A stretch of DNA of 64,000 nucleotides from Burkholderiales bacterium (GCA_038206915.1 JBBRAI010000007.1:12005-76004), one strand, 5' to 3'; positions 47,292 through 61,363 are shown, counted from the stretch's first letter. The notes: generated from the sequence alone by a model not told the origin. Numbers and translations: made by a program.

Positions 47292-48152
47292 ATGACCCTT
47301 CCGCTCGAACTCAAGCTATCCGCCGCAGACGGCACGCCGCTGTTTGTCGCCGACTGGCCGCTGACGGCATCCGCGCCAGCGCCCGCAGGTGTCGTGCTGA
47401 TGCACGGGCTGGGCGAGCATTGCGGCCGCTATGAACATGTGGCGCGCTTTTTCAACGGCTGCGGCTATGCGGTGCGCGCCTACGACCATCGCGGCCACGG
47501 CCGTTCCGGCGGCGCGCGCGGCGATACGCCCGACGCCGAGGCCATCGTGCAGGATGCGAAAATTGTGATCGACGACTTCGCGCGACAGCTTTCGGCTCCG
47601 CCGCTGCTGCTCGGCCACAGCCTGGGGGGCTTGTTCGCCGCCTACTTTGCGACGCGCGCGCTGTCGCCGCTGGGCGGGCTGATCCTGTCGTCGCCGGCGC
47701 TAAGGATACGGCTGGCGGGCGGGCAGAAGCTGTTGCTGCTGATACTGGGGGCCATCGCTCCCGGCCTGGGCATACCGAACGGGCTCGACTCGAAATATCT
47801 TTCGCACCGGCAGGACGTGGTCGATGCCTACGACAATGACCCCCTGGTCCATCCGAAGATCAGCGCGCGCCTGCTGCGCGCGATGCTCGCCGCAATCGAA
47901 TTCGCGCAGGCGCATGCGTCCGCGCTCCGCGTCAAGACGCTATTGCTGGTGGCGGGCGACGATCATCTGGTCGACGCCAGCGGCAGCGACGCCTTTTTCG
48001 GAAAACTGGCACCCGGCGTGGGCACGATGCACCGATACGCGGATTATTACCACGAGATTTTCAACGAAACCGGGGCCGCGCGCGTATTCGGCGATGTACG
48101 CGCCTGGCTCGGCGCGCCCGGAGTACCGGACACCGCCGGGACGCAGTCCTAG
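47292..48152 (+). CDS. Alpha/beta hydrolase (lysophospholipase/monoglyceride lipase-like)
   Basis: 286 aa. HGLGEH oxyanion region, nucleophile elbow GHSLGG, and a C-terminal H in YYHEIFNE. Confidence 0.82.
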   Translation: MTLPLELKLSAADGTPLFVADWPLTASAPAPAGVVLMHGLGEHCGRYEHVARFFNGCGYAVRAYDHRGHGRSGGARGDTPDAEAIVQDAKIVIDDFARQLSAPPLLLGHSLGGLFAAYFATRALSPLGGLILSSPALRIRLAGGQKLLLLILGAIAPGLGIPNGLDSKYLSHRQDVVDAYDNDPLVHPKISARLLRAMLAAIEFAQAHASALRVKTLLLVAGDDHLVDASGSDAFFGKLAPGVGTMHRYADYYHEIFNETGAARVFGDVRAWLGAPGVPDTAGTQS

Positions 48153-48571
48153 CTTTTGACCGGACGGTTTTCCGGGTAGTGCTCGATCGCCGGGTCCAGG
48201 TGCACCCACGGCCGGGCGCTATTGGTCCAGATATTCATCACCAGTTTCATATCAAGCGGTGCATCCAGCGTGCCCACCTTGAGCACCATCATTTCCGGAA
48301 CCTTCGCGCGCTGGCTGTAGATAGGTGAGCCGCAATCGGGGCAGAAATAGCGGTTCAGGATGTTGCCGCTCTGGGCGGTATCGGCGTACAGCTTGGGCTT
48401 GCCTGCGGTAAAGGCCACCGCGCTGGTCGGAACCACTGCGTTGTGGCTGGCCCCCGCGCCGGACGCTTTCTGGCAATGCGTGCAGTGGCAGGCGATGATC
48501 TTTTCCACGGGAGCGCTGATGCTGTAGCGGATGCTGCCGCACAGGCAGCCGCCGGTGATCGCGTTCGGCAT
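48149..48571 (-). CDS. GFA (glutathione-dependent formaldehyde-activating / CENP-V-like) family protein
   Basis: 140 aa. Zn-Cys pattern GGCLCG...CHCTHCQK...CPDCGS. Confidence 0.85.
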   Translation of the reverse strand: MPNAITGGCLCGSIRYSISAPVEKIIACHCTHCQKASGAGASHNAVVPTSAVAFTAGKPKLYADTAQSGNILNRYFCPDCGSPIYSQRAKVPEMMVLKVGTLDAPLDMKLVMNIWTNSARPWVHLDPAIEHYPENRPVKS

Positions 48572-48604
48572 TGCTCTTCTCCTTGATCGGCCGGGACAGA
48601 GACT

Positions 48605-49033
48605 TCAGGACTTGCTGGTGAAATCGAAATTGTCCGCGCCGGCTGCAGCGGCGGTCGGCGCCGGTGCCAAAGCAGGCTGCCCCGCGGGCGCTGCACCTTG
48701 CACCCTGGCTGCGGCACGCTGCTCTGCCGGGGAGAGATTCGCGCCGGGTTCCGCGGACGCGCCGGGCGAAACCCCGTCCGAAGAAAATGCTGCCTCCAGA
48801 TCCTGCTGGATTTGTGCCACGTCGAACGCGGCGCGCCCTTGCATGCGCAACAGGATGCGCGATGGCATATCCTGGATGCGCGGCACCGCCGCGCGCACAT
48901 TGGCGGCAGTGGTCAGCATGGGCACTGCGTGGTTGTTCTTGAAGCCGGGCTGCGCGCGCTCGACGGCATCGATGATGGCTTGCTGCGCCTTGGCGATGCC
49001 CATGAGGAGTTCTGCGAGTTGGGTATTGTCCAT
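48605..49033 (-). CDS. Hypothetical protein (142 aa) with Ala/Pro-rich disordered tail
   Basis: Starts MDNTQLAELLMGIAKAQQAIIDAV. The N-half looks helical and the C-half is low-complexity. No family recognised. Confidence 0.5.
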   Translation of the reverse strand: MDNTQLAELLMGIAKAQQAIIDAVERAQPGFKNNHAVPMLTTAANVRAAVPRIQDMPSRILLRMQGRAAFDVAQIQQDLEAAFSSDGVSPGASAEPGANLSPAEQRAAARVQGAAPAGQPALAPAPTAAAAGADNFDFTSKS

Positions 49034-49188
49034 TGCACTCCCTCCATACGGATCCCTATTGCCGCCAATGATACCCCGATCTGCGCACCGCCCGCGATGC
49101 TGCGCCGCCGATTCACGACACGTTCGACGTCAAGCCGGATTGCGCGCTAACATGCGGCCATGCGCACAAACTGGAGCGACATGACATC

Positions 49189-49587
49189 ATGACCGCCGGC
49201 AATGACACTCACTCGAAGACCGTAGGCTACATCCTGTGGATTTTCGGCTTCACCGGCGCGCACCGCTTCTATTACGGCAAACCGGTTACCGGAACCATCT
49301 GGTTTTTCACCCTGGGCCTGCTTGGGATCGGCTGGCTGATCGACGCCTTTCTCATCCCGGGCATGGACCGTGAGGCGGACCTGCGTTTTCGCGCCGGCCG
49401 CGTCGACTACACCATCGCCTGGCTGTTGCTCACCTTCCTGGGCTTGTTCGGCGTGCACCGCATGTACATGGGCAAATGGGTCACGGGGATCATCTACCTG
49501 TGCAGCGCAGGCCTGCTCGGGATTGGGTATCTGTACGACTTCTGGACGCTGAACGACCAGATCACGGTGGTGAATGCGGCCACCTAA
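49189..49587 (+). CDS. TM2-domain membrane protein (two TM2 repeats)
   Basis: 132 aa. Repeated GxHRFY.GK...G...F.T.G..GIG.L.D pattern (GAHRFYYGKPVTG... and GVHRMYMGKWVTG...). Confidence 0.85.
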   Translation: MTAGNDTHSKTVGYILWIFGFTGAHRFYYGKPVTGTIWFFTLGLLGIGWLIDAFLIPGMDREADLRFRAGRVDYTIAWLLLTFLGLFGVHRMYMGKWVTGIIYLCSAGLLGIGYLYDFWTLNDQITVVNAAT

Positions 49588-49656
49588 GGTCGGCTCGCCA
49601 ACGCCGGATTGCTGCCCGGAGAGGCGCGCCAATGCTTGATCTTCGGCGCATCGTAG

Positions 49657-49690
49657 AATAAAACAGGCGGCCGTGGCCGCCTGTTTTCGT
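49657..49690. terminator. Bidirectional rho-independent terminator (atpC / TM2 gene)
   Basis: aataaaacaggcgg-ccgtgg-ccgcctgttttcgt is a GC stem flanked by an A-run and a T-run. It lies between two convergent genes. Confidence 0.8.
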
Positions 49691-49704
49691 GTGCGCGGCG
49701 CGCG

Positions 49705-50127
49705 CTACTTGCGCTGGCGCAGCTTGCGGATCGCCGCGATCTGGGCCGAGGCTTCGGCGAGTTCGGCCACCGCCTTGGCGTACTCCATCTTGCCGCTTCG
49801 ATCCTGCAGGCTTTCCCTGGCGCGCTTTTGCGCCTCCAGCGCCTTGGCTTCGTCCAGGTCGTGGCCTCGGATAGCGGTGTCCGCCAGCACCGTAATCAGG
49901 TTGGGCTGCACCTCGAGGATGCCGCCGGCGACGAATATCAATTCTTCCTCGCCACCGCTTGCGGGCTTGATACGTACGGTACCCGGCTTGATGCGGGTGA
50001 TCAGTGGAGTGTGCTTCGGGAAGATCCCAAGCTCGCCCTCTTCGCCGGGCAGCACCACGAATTCGGCCTCGCCGGAATAAATGGCTTCTTCCGCGCTGAC
50101 GACGTCTACGTGAATTGTGTGTGCCAT
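49705..50127 (-). CDS. atpC: F0F1 ATP synthase subunit epsilon
   Basis: 140 aa. [35 protein letters not shown]. Last gene of the atp operon. Confidence 0.95.
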   Translation of the reverse strand: MAHTIHVDVVSAEEAIYSGEAEFVVLPGEEGELGIFPKHTPLITRIKPGTVRIKPASGGEEELIFVAGGILEVQPNLITVLADTAIRGHDLDEAKALEAQKRARESLQDRSGKMEYAKAVAELAEASAQIAAIRKLRQRK

Positions 50128-50183
50128 AAGACTTAGAACCTCTTTTCACCGACACCGGTCCAGCCCGGTGTCGTCTCTTGTTA

Positions 50184-51572
<1,389 letters not shown>

Positions 51573-51614
51573 CTAAGTGTTCAATATCAAAATTCGGTTG
51601 GCCAGCGGCATGCG

Positions 51615-52478
51615 CTAGACCGCCGCGGCGCCTGCGACAATTTCCGACAGTTCCTTGGTGATCGCCGCCTGGCGCGACTTGTTGTAGATCAGCGTCAGTT
51701 CATCGATGACGCTGCCGGCGTTGTCGCTCGCAGCCTTCATCGCTACCATGCGCGCGCTCTGCTCTGAGGCCATGTTTTCGGCCACCGCCTGGTAGATCAA
51801 GGCTTCGATGTAGCGCGTGAGCGTTTGGTCGAGCACCGACTTGGCGTCCGGCTCATACAGGTAATCCCAGGAACCTGCGGGAGCGCCGAGCCGCTCGCCC
51901 GACAGCGGCAGCAGCTGCTCCATCACCGGCTCCTGCTTCATGGTGTTGACGAACTTGGTGTAGAAAATCTCCAGGCGGTCGAAGCGGTCCTCGATATAGC
52001 CGTCGAGCATTACCTTGAGCGCGCCGATCAGCCGCTCCATGTTCGGCCTGTCGCCCATGCCGATCACGTGCGATACCACGTTGGCGCCCAGGCGCTGCAT
52101 GAAGCCCAGGCCCTTGTTGCCGATGCAACACACCTCGAAGCTCTCGCCCTGCGATTCCCACTCGCGCATCTTCGCCAGCGCCATGCGCAGCACGTTGGTG
52201 TTCAGGCCGCCGCACAGGCCCTTGTCTGCGGTCACGACAATGATGCCGACTTTCTTCACCGTGTCGCGCGCTACCAGATAGGGGTGGCGGTATTCAGGAT
52301 TGGCGTAGGAGAGGTGGGCTGCGACGTTGCGGATCTTTTCGGCATACGGACGCGCCGCGCGCGTGCGCTCCTGCGCCTTGCGCATTTTTGAGGCCGCGAC
52401 CATTTCCATCGCCTTGGTGATCTTGCGCGTGTTTTGCACGCTCTTGATCTTGGTCTTGATTTCCTTTGAACCTGCCAT
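51615..52478 (-). CDS. atpG: F0F1 ATP synthase subunit gamma
   Basis: 287 aa. [36 protein letters not shown]. Confidence 0.95.
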   Translation of the reverse strand: MAGSKEIKTKIKSVQNTRKITKAMEMVAASKMRKAQERTRAARPYAEKIRNVAAHLSYANPEYRHPYLVARDTVKKVGIIVVTADKGLCGGLNTNVLRMALAKMREWESQGESFEVCCIGNKGLGFMQRLGANVVSHVIGMGDRPNMERLIGALKVMLDGYIEDRFDRLEIFYTKFVNTMKQEPVMEQLLPLSGERLGAPAGSWDYLYEPDAKSVLDQTLTRYIEALIYQAVAENMASEQSARMVAMKAASDNAGSVIDELTLIYNKSRQAAITKELSEIVAGAAAV

Positions 52479-52500
52479 TCCTCTACCTTTCTGCCAACGC

Positions 52501-52540
52501 CCCTCACCCTAACGCTCTCCCCGCTCGCGGGGAGAGGGGA
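52501..52540. repeat. REP-like GC hairpin in the atpG-atpA spacer
   Basis: ccctcaccctaacg-ctctccccg-ctcg-cggggagag-ggga. A 9-bp stem of the 'ctctcccc...ggggagag' type that is common as intergenic repeats in proteobacteria. Confidence 0.5.
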
Positions 52541-52546
52541 TTTCAG

Positions 52547-54091
<1,545 letters not shown>

Positions 54092-54129
54092 GCTATCTCC
54101 TGAACCTTAAGTATTGTCGCGCTGTTGGG

Positions 54130-54669
54130 CTAGATCGCAAGCAGGCCCGCGGCCATTGCATTGAGCTTGGCGCGTACCGAGCCGTCGATGACTTCGTCGC
54201 CCACTACCACGCGCACGCCGCCAATGAGCTCGTGCTCGATGCGCACCTTGGGGTTTATCTTTCGCTTGAAGCGCTTTTCCAGTTCGGCCACCAGGCTCGC
54301 GAGCTGTGCCGCGTCCAGTTCGAACGCGGTGCTGATCTCGGCGTCGACCACGCCTTCGCGTTGATTCTTCAGCGTCTCGAATTGCGCGAAAATCTCGGGC
54401 AGCAGCGTAAGCCGGTCGTTATCGATCAGTAATCCGATGAAATTCTTCGCCTCGGTGGAAATACCCTCCGGGGAGACGGACAGGAACAGACCCCGCAGTT
54501 GCGCCGGGGTCAGGTCGTAGGTCGCCAGGCATTCCTGCATCGCGGGATGTCCGGCTGCCTGCGCCAACCTGCGCAGCGTACTCGACCAGGCGGGGAGTGT
54601 GGCGCCCGCGTCGGCAAGACGGAACACCGCTTCGGCGTAAGGGCGCGCCAGAGTTGCGATCTCGGCCAT
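54130..54669 (-). CDS. atpH: F0F1 ATP synthase subunit delta
   Basis: 179 aa. OSCP/delta family (MAEIATLARPYAEAVF). Confidence 0.92.
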   Translation of the reverse strand: MAEIATLARPYAEAVFRLADAGATLPAWSSTLRRLAQAAGHPAMQECLATYDLTPAQLRGLFLSVSPEGISTEAKNFIGLLIDNDRLTLLPEIFAQFETLKNQREGVVDAEISTAFELDAAQLASLVAELEKRFKRKINPKVRIEHELIGGVRVVVGDEVIDGSVRAKLNAMAAGLLAI

Positions 54670-54676
54670 GGTGGGC

Positions 54677-55147
54677 CTATAGCTCCCGCTTCAACTGGTT
54701 GAGCAGATCGGCGTGCGCCTGCGCGTTCACTTCGCGCTGCAGAATCTTTTCGGCACCGCTCACTGCAAGCGCCGCCACCTGTTCGCGCAGCGCCTCCTTG
54801 GCGCTCGAAACTTCCTGCTGAATCTCGGATTTGGCGCCGGCAAGCAGTCGATCGCCCTCGGCTTTGGCCGAATTCTTCGCTTCTTCGATCATTTGCAGGC
54901 CGCGTTTTTCCGCCTGCGCAATAATCTCCGCGGCACGCGCACGCGCCTTGACCGACTCTTCGGCAGCGAGCTTCCCCGACGCTTCGAGCTCCCGCTTGCC
55001 CTGCTCGCCGGCCGCCAAGCCGTCGGCAATATGTTTTTGCCGATCTTCGATCGCCTTCATCAGCGGCGGCCAGACGAATTTGACCGTAAACAGTATGAAA
55101 AGCGCGAAGGAAATCGCTTGCGCGATCAATGTCAAGTTGATGTTCAT
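54677..55147 (-). CDS. atpF: F0F1 ATP synthase subunit b
   Basis: 156 aa starting [29 protein letters not shown]. Single TM segment plus a long charged helix. Confidence 0.92.
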   Translation of the reverse strand: MNINLTLIAQAISFALFILFTVKFVWPPLMKAIEDRQKHIADGLAAGEQGKRELEASGKLAAEESVKARARAAEIIAQAEKRGLQMIEEAKNSAKAEGDRLLAGAKSEIQQEVSSAKEALREQVAALAVSGAEKILQREVNAQAHADLLNQLKREL

Positions 55148-55199
55148 GTTCGAATCCCCTTGCGGCCCACGTCTCGCCAGGACCGACGGTGCAGTCGGG

Positions 55200-56348
<1,149 letters not shown>

Positions 56349-56382
56349 TTATCCGTTTCCAAGGGCGCGCTCTGCGCCAGTC

Positions 56383-56751
56383 CTAATTCTTGTCGCCTAC
56401 GAACAACGCCATGCTGAAAATTAGAAGCGTAATCACGAACGATCCGAGCAAGCCGACGACGACGACGTCCTGATAGGCCGCCAGAACCAGCCATAGCAGC
56501 AGGAATGCAAGGAAAAGTTTGGCCACCTCAGCTTTGACGGCGGCAAAAAGAACCTCCCCGGCAGTTCTACCTCTCTTTGCGGTGCTTTTGGCAGCCATCA
56601 GCACGAACACCAAACCGGCGACGATGCTGATCACGCCGCCCAAAAAAGCCGAAATTGCGCCGTGAACACCCGCAAACCAGGCCGCGAACGACGCGATGAA
56701 TATTGTGGCCAGTACTTGCAACCCGATCACCGGGCGGAACTTTCGCCACAC
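56383..56751 (-). CDS. atpI: ATP synthase protein I
   Basis: 122-aa 4-TM protein in first position of the atp operon. Confidence 0.75.
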   Translation of the reverse strand: MWRKFRPVIGLQVLATIFIASFAAWFAGVHGAISAFLGGVISIVAGLVFVLMAAKSTAKRGRTAGEVLFAAVKAEVAKLFLAFLLLWLVLAAYQDVVVVGLLGSFVITLLIFSMALFVGDKN

Positions 56752-56923
56752 TCGCCGCTATCCTCGCTGCAAATCGGCGAGATTATAGCGGCTATACCGA
56801 AGACCGGTCAATTCGCAATTCCCCTCTTGACGGCGCAATGCCTTGATCCACATCAACATGTATGCTCCGGCTTGAAGGTACCTGCAGCGCCGGTTGAAAT
56901 GATGTTGCAGTGCGAAAACGGCG

Positions 56924-57607
56924 CTAGCGTGGCGATCGCTTTTTCGCCTTGGTCGCAGCTTTCGCGATATCGGTCTTGGAGAAATACCAATCGACATACT
57001 CGTAGCCGGCGCGCGATCTGGCGTCGGCCTCCTTGGCCGTGGTAGGCGGAGGCACAATCACTTTTTCGCCGGGGCACCAGCCCTCCGGCGTTGAAACGGC
57101 GTGCCGATCGCTGGTTTGCAAGGCTTCGACCAATCGCAGTATCTCCTCTACCGACCGGCCATTGGTCATCGGGTAGTAGACCATGGCGCGCACCTTTCCG
57201 TCAGGGTCGATAAAGAACGTCGCTCGCACGGCCGAAGTATCGCTTGCGCCAGGCTGAATCATGCCGTAGTCGTGCGCGATGCGCATCGACAGATCGTCGA
57301 TTATGGGAAACGGGATGTCTACGCCGAATTTTTCCTTGATATTGCGTATCCAAGCCAGATGCGAATAGGCGCTGTCCACCGACAGGCCCAGCAGTTCGCA
57401 GCCCCGCTTCTGGAAGCGCTCGTGGAATTTGGCGAACGCAAGGAATTCGGTGGTGCACACCGGGGTGAAATCCGCCGGGTGGGAAAACAGGATCAGCCAT
57501 TTTCCGCGATAGTCGCGCAGTGAGCGCGGACCGTGGGTGGTCTTGGCGCTGAAATCCGGCGCCGGTTCGTTGATGCGCGGCAGCTTCGCGTTCCAGACAT
57601 TTTCCAT
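56924..57607 (-). CDS. 1-Cys peroxiredoxin (Prx6-like)
   Basis: 227 aa. LFSHPADFTPVCTTE peroxidatic Cys context, no resolving Cys motif, and a basic C-terminal tail. Confidence 0.88.
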   Translation of the reverse strand: MENVWNAKLPRINEPAPDFSAKTTHGPRSLRDYRGKWLILFSHPADFTPVCTTEFLAFAKFHERFQKRGCELLGLSVDSAYSHLAWIRNIKEKFGVDIPFPIIDDLSMRIAHDYGMIQPGASDTSAVRATFFIDPDGKVRAMVYYPMTNGRSVEEILRLVEALQTSDRHAVSTPEGWCPGEKVIVPPPTTAKEADARSRAGYEYVDWYFSKTDIAKAATKAKKRSPR

Positions 57608-57731
57608 CGCGTTCTCCTTTGCGGCGGACTTCTGCTCCGCCCTCTCAGCGTTTGCAGCAAAACGGGAGGATCCCTCGCGCTCACCGAATCTTCACGCGAC
57701 CATCAACCCTTTTTTGCGGGCTCCTATTCGC

Positions 57732-58148
57732 TCAGTCCTGAAAGCGGGCAATGATTTCGGGCGGAATGACACCCGCCTTCAGCCCCTCCGGATCGGCCGG
57801 ATCGCGCAGGCCCCAGACCCTTACCTCGCGACCTTCGACGACGATGTTACCGTTGTTGTGCACCCTGTGCTCGACCACGAAAACCTTGCTGCGCCATTCG
57901 CCGACCCAGCTTTCGATCACGATCTGATCGCCGAAGCGCGACGGGCCGCGGAAGCTGGCGCTCGCGTCTACCAAAGCCACGCCCGCCATCCGGTATTCCG
58001 GAAACATTTGCGCCCAGGGCAGGCCGCGGGAACGAAACATCCTTTCGGTGGCGCGATCGAACCAATCGAAATAACGCGGGTAAAACACGATGCGCGCGGG
58101 GTCGCAGTCGGCGAAATCCACAATAATTTTGAAACGGGAAGGCGTCAT
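57732..58148 (-). CDS. Acyl-CoA thioesterase (4HBT/YbgC-like hotdog fold)
   Basis: 138 aa starting MTPSRFKIIVDFADCDPARIVFYPRYFDWFD, which carries the catalytic Asp context. Confidence 0.82.
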   Translation of the reverse strand: MTPSRFKIIVDFADCDPARIVFYPRYFDWFDRATERMFRSRGLPWAQMFPEYRMAGVALVDASASFRGPSRFGDQIVIESWVGEWRSKVFVVEHRVHNNGNIVVEGREVRVWGLRDPADPEGLKAGVIPPEIIARFQD

Positions 58149-58305
58149 ATCCGCTGGGAAGATAGATTGAATGCGTCGCCCGGGCGCGAACACGCATGCA
58201 GCCGAGGGCCGTATTATGCCGGCTTCTGCCGGGGGCCGATTAGTCCGATGGCCGCGACACCTGTCCGGGATGACAACGCCCGTTGGACAAACTAGACTGA
58301 AAATC

Positions 58306-59052
58306 ATGGTTTCCGACGCGAAGAAGCGCTCGATTCTGGGGACGCTGGGGCTGGTGGCCGCTCTGGCCGGCGGCAGCGCGCCGGCGCAGGACGCGTACGC
58401 GCGCGAGCGCGAGGCGCTGCTGAAAGAAATCGAGGCCATGGCGCGCGAGACCGGCGCCGAAACCGGTCGCGCGGCGTTCAGCGACCGGGTGATGGCGGCC
58501 GTGGCCAGAGTTCCGCGCGAGCGCTTTGTACCCGCGGCCTATGCGTCACTGGCCTACGCCAACCGGCCGCTTCCAATTGGACACGGCCAGACGATCTCGC
58601 AGCCGTACATCGTCGCACTCATGACCGACCTGCTCGAACTCAAGCCCGATGATTCGGTGCTGGAAATCGGCACCGGCTCCGGCTATCAGGCCGCGGTTCT
58701 CGCGGAACTGGTGCACCGGGTGCATACCATCGAGATCATCGAGTCGGTCGGCAGGAATGCTGCAAGCCTGCTGCAACAGCTGGGCTACACCAATATCGAG
58801 AGCAGAATCGGCGATGGCTACGAGGGCTGGCCGGAGCGCGCGCCATTCGATGCAATCATCGTCACCGCTGCGGCGCTGCGGGTTCCGCCGGCGCTGCTCG
58901 AGCAGCTCAAGCCCGGTGCGCGCATGGTGATTCCGGTCGGCGCCGAAGGCGAGGTGCAGTTCCTGCACGTGATGCTGAAACGGACCGACGGTTCGATCGC
59001 GAAGCAGCGCAGCCTGCCGGTGCGCTTCGTGCCGCTTACCCGGAACAACTGA
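58306..59052 (+). CDS. pcm: Protein-L-isoaspartate O-methyltransferase with N-terminal signal-like extension
   Basis: 248 aa. Leader MVSDAKKRSILGTLGLVAALAGGSAPAQDAYA, then the PCMT core (GHGQTISQPYIVALMT, LEIGTGSGYQAAVLA). Confidence 0.85.
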   Translation: MVSDAKKRSILGTLGLVAALAGGSAPAQDAYAREREALLKEIEAMARETGAETGRAAFSDRVMAAVARVPRERFVPAAYASLAYANRPLPIGHGQTISQPYIVALMTDLLELKPDDSVLEIGTGSGYQAAVLAELVHRVHTIEIIESVGRNAASLLQQLGYTNIESRIGDGYEGWPERAPFDAIIVTAAALRVPPALLEQLKPGARMVIPVGAEGEVQFLHVMLKRTDGSIAKQRSLPVRFVPLTRNN

Positions 59053-59077
59053 GCGCCGCGCCGTCCCGCCGCGGCTT

Positions 59078-59917
59078 TCAGCGCTTGAATCTCGCCAGCA
59101 GATCGTCCAGGTGTTCGTGGCTGGAATAGCTGAGCACCAGCTTGCCGGCGCCTTTCTTGCCGGGCTTGATTTCAACCTTGGTGCCGAATTTTTCCGACAG
59201 CTCTTCTTCGAAGCGCTGGATGTCGCGGCTTGTCCGGACGCGGCTCGATTTCTTCGCTTTCGGATTGAGGATGTCCTGCACCAGTTTTTCGGTTTCGCGC
59301 ACCGACAGCCCGCGCTCGGCCACCCGCTTTGCGAGTTCTTCCTGGCGCCGGCCTTCGAGGGCGAGCAGCGCACGCGCGTGGCCCATGTCGATCTTGCTGT
59401 CATAGAGCAGCGCCTGCACCGCCTGCGGCAGGTTCAGCAGGCGCAGCAGATTCGAGGTTGCGGCGCGTGAACGGCCGACAGCTTCGGCGGCTTCCTGGTG
59501 GGTCATCTTGAATTCGTTGATCAGGCGGTGGATGCCGGTGGCCTCCTCCAGCGGATTCAGGTTCTCGCGCTGGATGTTCTCGATCAGGGCCATGGCGAGC
59601 GCCGCCGAATCGGGCACTTCGCGAATGACCACCGGCACTTCGCGCAGACCGGCGATTTTCGCCGCGCGCCAGCGCCGCTCGCCGGCGATGATTTCGTAGC
59701 GCCCCTTGCCCAGCGGCCGGGCCAGTATGGGCTGCATCACGCCCTGGGATTTGAGCGAGCGTGCCAGCTCCTCGAGCGATGCCTGATCCATGCGCGTACG
59801 CGGCTGATACCTGCCCGCCTGCAGTTCCTCCAGCTTGAGTGTTTTAAGGGCGTCGCCAGCGCCCGCCTCCTCATTCTGCGCCAGCAGCGCGTCGAGCCCG
59901 CGACCGAGTCCTTTCAT
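59078..59917 (-). CDS. parB: Chromosome partitioning protein ParB
   Basis: 279 aa. GLGRGLDALL, the GERRWRAA box, and the HTH region THQEAAEAVGRSRAATSNLLRLL. Confidence 0.95.
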   Translation of the reverse strand: MKGLGRGLDALLAQNEEAGAGDALKTLKLEELQAGRYQPRTRMDQASLEELARSLKSQGVMQPILARPLGKGRYEIIAGERRWRAAKIAGLREVPVVIREVPDSAALAMALIENIQRENLNPLEEATGIHRLINEFKMTHQEAAEAVGRSRAATSNLLRLLNLPQAVQALLYDSKIDMGHARALLALEGRRQEELAKRVAERGLSVRETEKLVQDILNPKAKKSSRVRTSRDIQRFEEELSEKFGTKVEIKPGKKGAGKLVLSYSSHEHLDDLLARFKR

Positions 59918-59930
59918 TTCGTTTCCCCGT

Positions 59931-60710
59931 CTACGCCAGCGCCACGGCCGATCGCTGCAGCAATTCGTCCGCCAGCGCCATATAAGCCTGCGAGCCCTTG
60001 CAGGCCTTGTCCAGAGTTACTGCGGGCGCTCCATAGCTGGGTGCTTCGGCCAGGCGCACATTGCGCGGAATTATGGTGGCGTACAGCTTGTCGCCGAAAT
60101 GCTGCTGCAGTTGCGCCGACACCTGCTGCGTGAGCGAGTTGCGCGGATCGTACATGGTGCGCAACAGGCCCTCGATCTCGAGCTGGGGATTCAGATGTTT
60201 GCGCACCTTGCGTATGGTTTCGACCAGATCGCTCAAGCCCTCGAGTGCGTAGTACTCGCATTGCATCGGGATCATCACCGCGTCGGCCGCGACCAGGCCG
60301 TTGAGCGTGAGCAGGTTGAGCGCGGGCGGACAGTCGAGCAGGATGAAATCGTACTCGGCGGCAATTGCGGCGAGCGCAGACTTGAGGCGCGTTTCGCGAT
60401 TGTCCAGGTTCACCATTTCGACCTCAGCGCCGGCTAGCTCGCGGTTCGCCGGCAGCACGTCGTAGCCGCCGCTCTCGGACGTCTGCCGCACCGACTGCAC
60501 CGTCGTCAGCCCGAGTAGCACCTGGTACACCGAGCGCTCCAGCTTGCGCTTGTCGATGCCGCTGCCCATGGTGGCGTTCCCCTGGGGATCGAGATCCACC
60601 AGAAGCACCCGTTTGCCGGCAGCAGCCAGCCCGCCGGCGAGATTGACGCTGGTGGTGGTCTTGCCCACGCCGCCCTTCTGGTTGGCGAGCGCAAGGATGC
60701 GCGAACTCAT
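59931..60710 (-). CDS. parA: Chromosome partitioning ATPase ParA (Soj)
   Basis: 259 aa starting [20 protein letters not shown] (deviant Walker A). Confidence 0.95.
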   Translation of the reverse strand: MSSRILALANQKGGVGKTTTSVNLAGGLAAAGKRVLLVDLDPQGNATMGSGIDKRKLERSVYQVLLGLTTVQSVRQTSESGGYDVLPANRELAGAEVEMVNLDNRETRLKSALAAIAAEYDFILLDCPPALNLLTLNGLVAADAVMIPMQCEYYALEGLSDLVETIRKVRKHLNPQLEIEGLLRTMYDPRNSLTQQVSAQLQQHFGDKLYATIIPRNVRLAEAPSYGAPAVTLDKACKGSQAYMALADELLQRSAVALA

Positions 60711-61363
60711 CGGACGTTTTCCGGCAGCGTTGCCGGCTGTTCGTCTATTTCGATCAGCGCCAGATGCCGCGCTCCGTCCAGGCCGGGGACGGAGAGCGGC
60801 AGCACCCGCCGCACCTTGAATCCCGGCGGCAGCTTGTCTATTTCCTCGTAGGGGTGCAGACCCTTCATAGCCGCAAACAACCCGCCAGGCGCGAGCAAGT
60901 GCCGGGTAACGCGCACGAACTCGCCCATGTCGGAAAAGGCGCGCGAAATGATCACGTCGAAGCGATCCTGCGTTTGCCAGGACTCCACGCGTTCGGCACA
61001 AACTTCGATATTGTCGAGCTTGAGCTCTATCACCGCCTGATTCAGGAACGCGGCCTTCTTGTGATTACTGTCCAGCACGGTCACATGCAGGTCCGGATTC
61101 GCCAGCGCCAGAGGAATGCCGGGCAGCCCGGCGCCGCTGCCGACATCGAGCAGTCGCTTTGCCTGCAGATGCGGTGCCACCGCGAGGCTGTCGAGCAGGT
61201 GGTGGCCGACCATTTTTTCCGGTTCGCGTATGGCGGTCAGGTTGTACACCCGGTTCCACTTGTCTATCAGCGCGATGTAGTCGAGCAAGCGCTGTTGCGT
61301 AGCGTCCGGGAGCGTCAATCCCAGGGCGATGAGTCCGCGCTTGAGCTGATCTGCCGCGTTCAT
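60707..61363 (-). CDS. rsmG: 16S rRNA (guanine527-N7)-methyltransferase RsmG (GidB)
   Basis: 218 aa with SAM motif [20 protein letters not shown] overlaps with both neighbours. Confidence 0.93.
   Translation of the reverse strand: MNAADQLKRGLIALGLTLPDATQQRLLDYIALIDKWNRVYNLTAIREPEKMVGHHLLDSLAVAPHLQAKRLLDVGSGAGLPGIPLALANPDLHVTVLDSNHKKAAFLNQAVIELKLDNIEVCAERVESWQTQDRFDVIISRAFSDMGEFVRVTRHLLAPGGLFAAMKGLHPYEEIDKLPPGFKVRRVLPLSVPGLDGARHLALIEIDEQPATLPENVR

Noticed and set aside
56752-56923. Small ORFs and the near-palindrome tatagcggctata upstream of atpI as a regulatory element or OxyR site
   Set aside because: The spacing (ATAG-N3-CTAT) does not fit the OxyR ATAG-N7-CTAT geometry. The ORFs (56662-57045 and others) have no coding signature. 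The atp promoter could not be placed confidently by eye.
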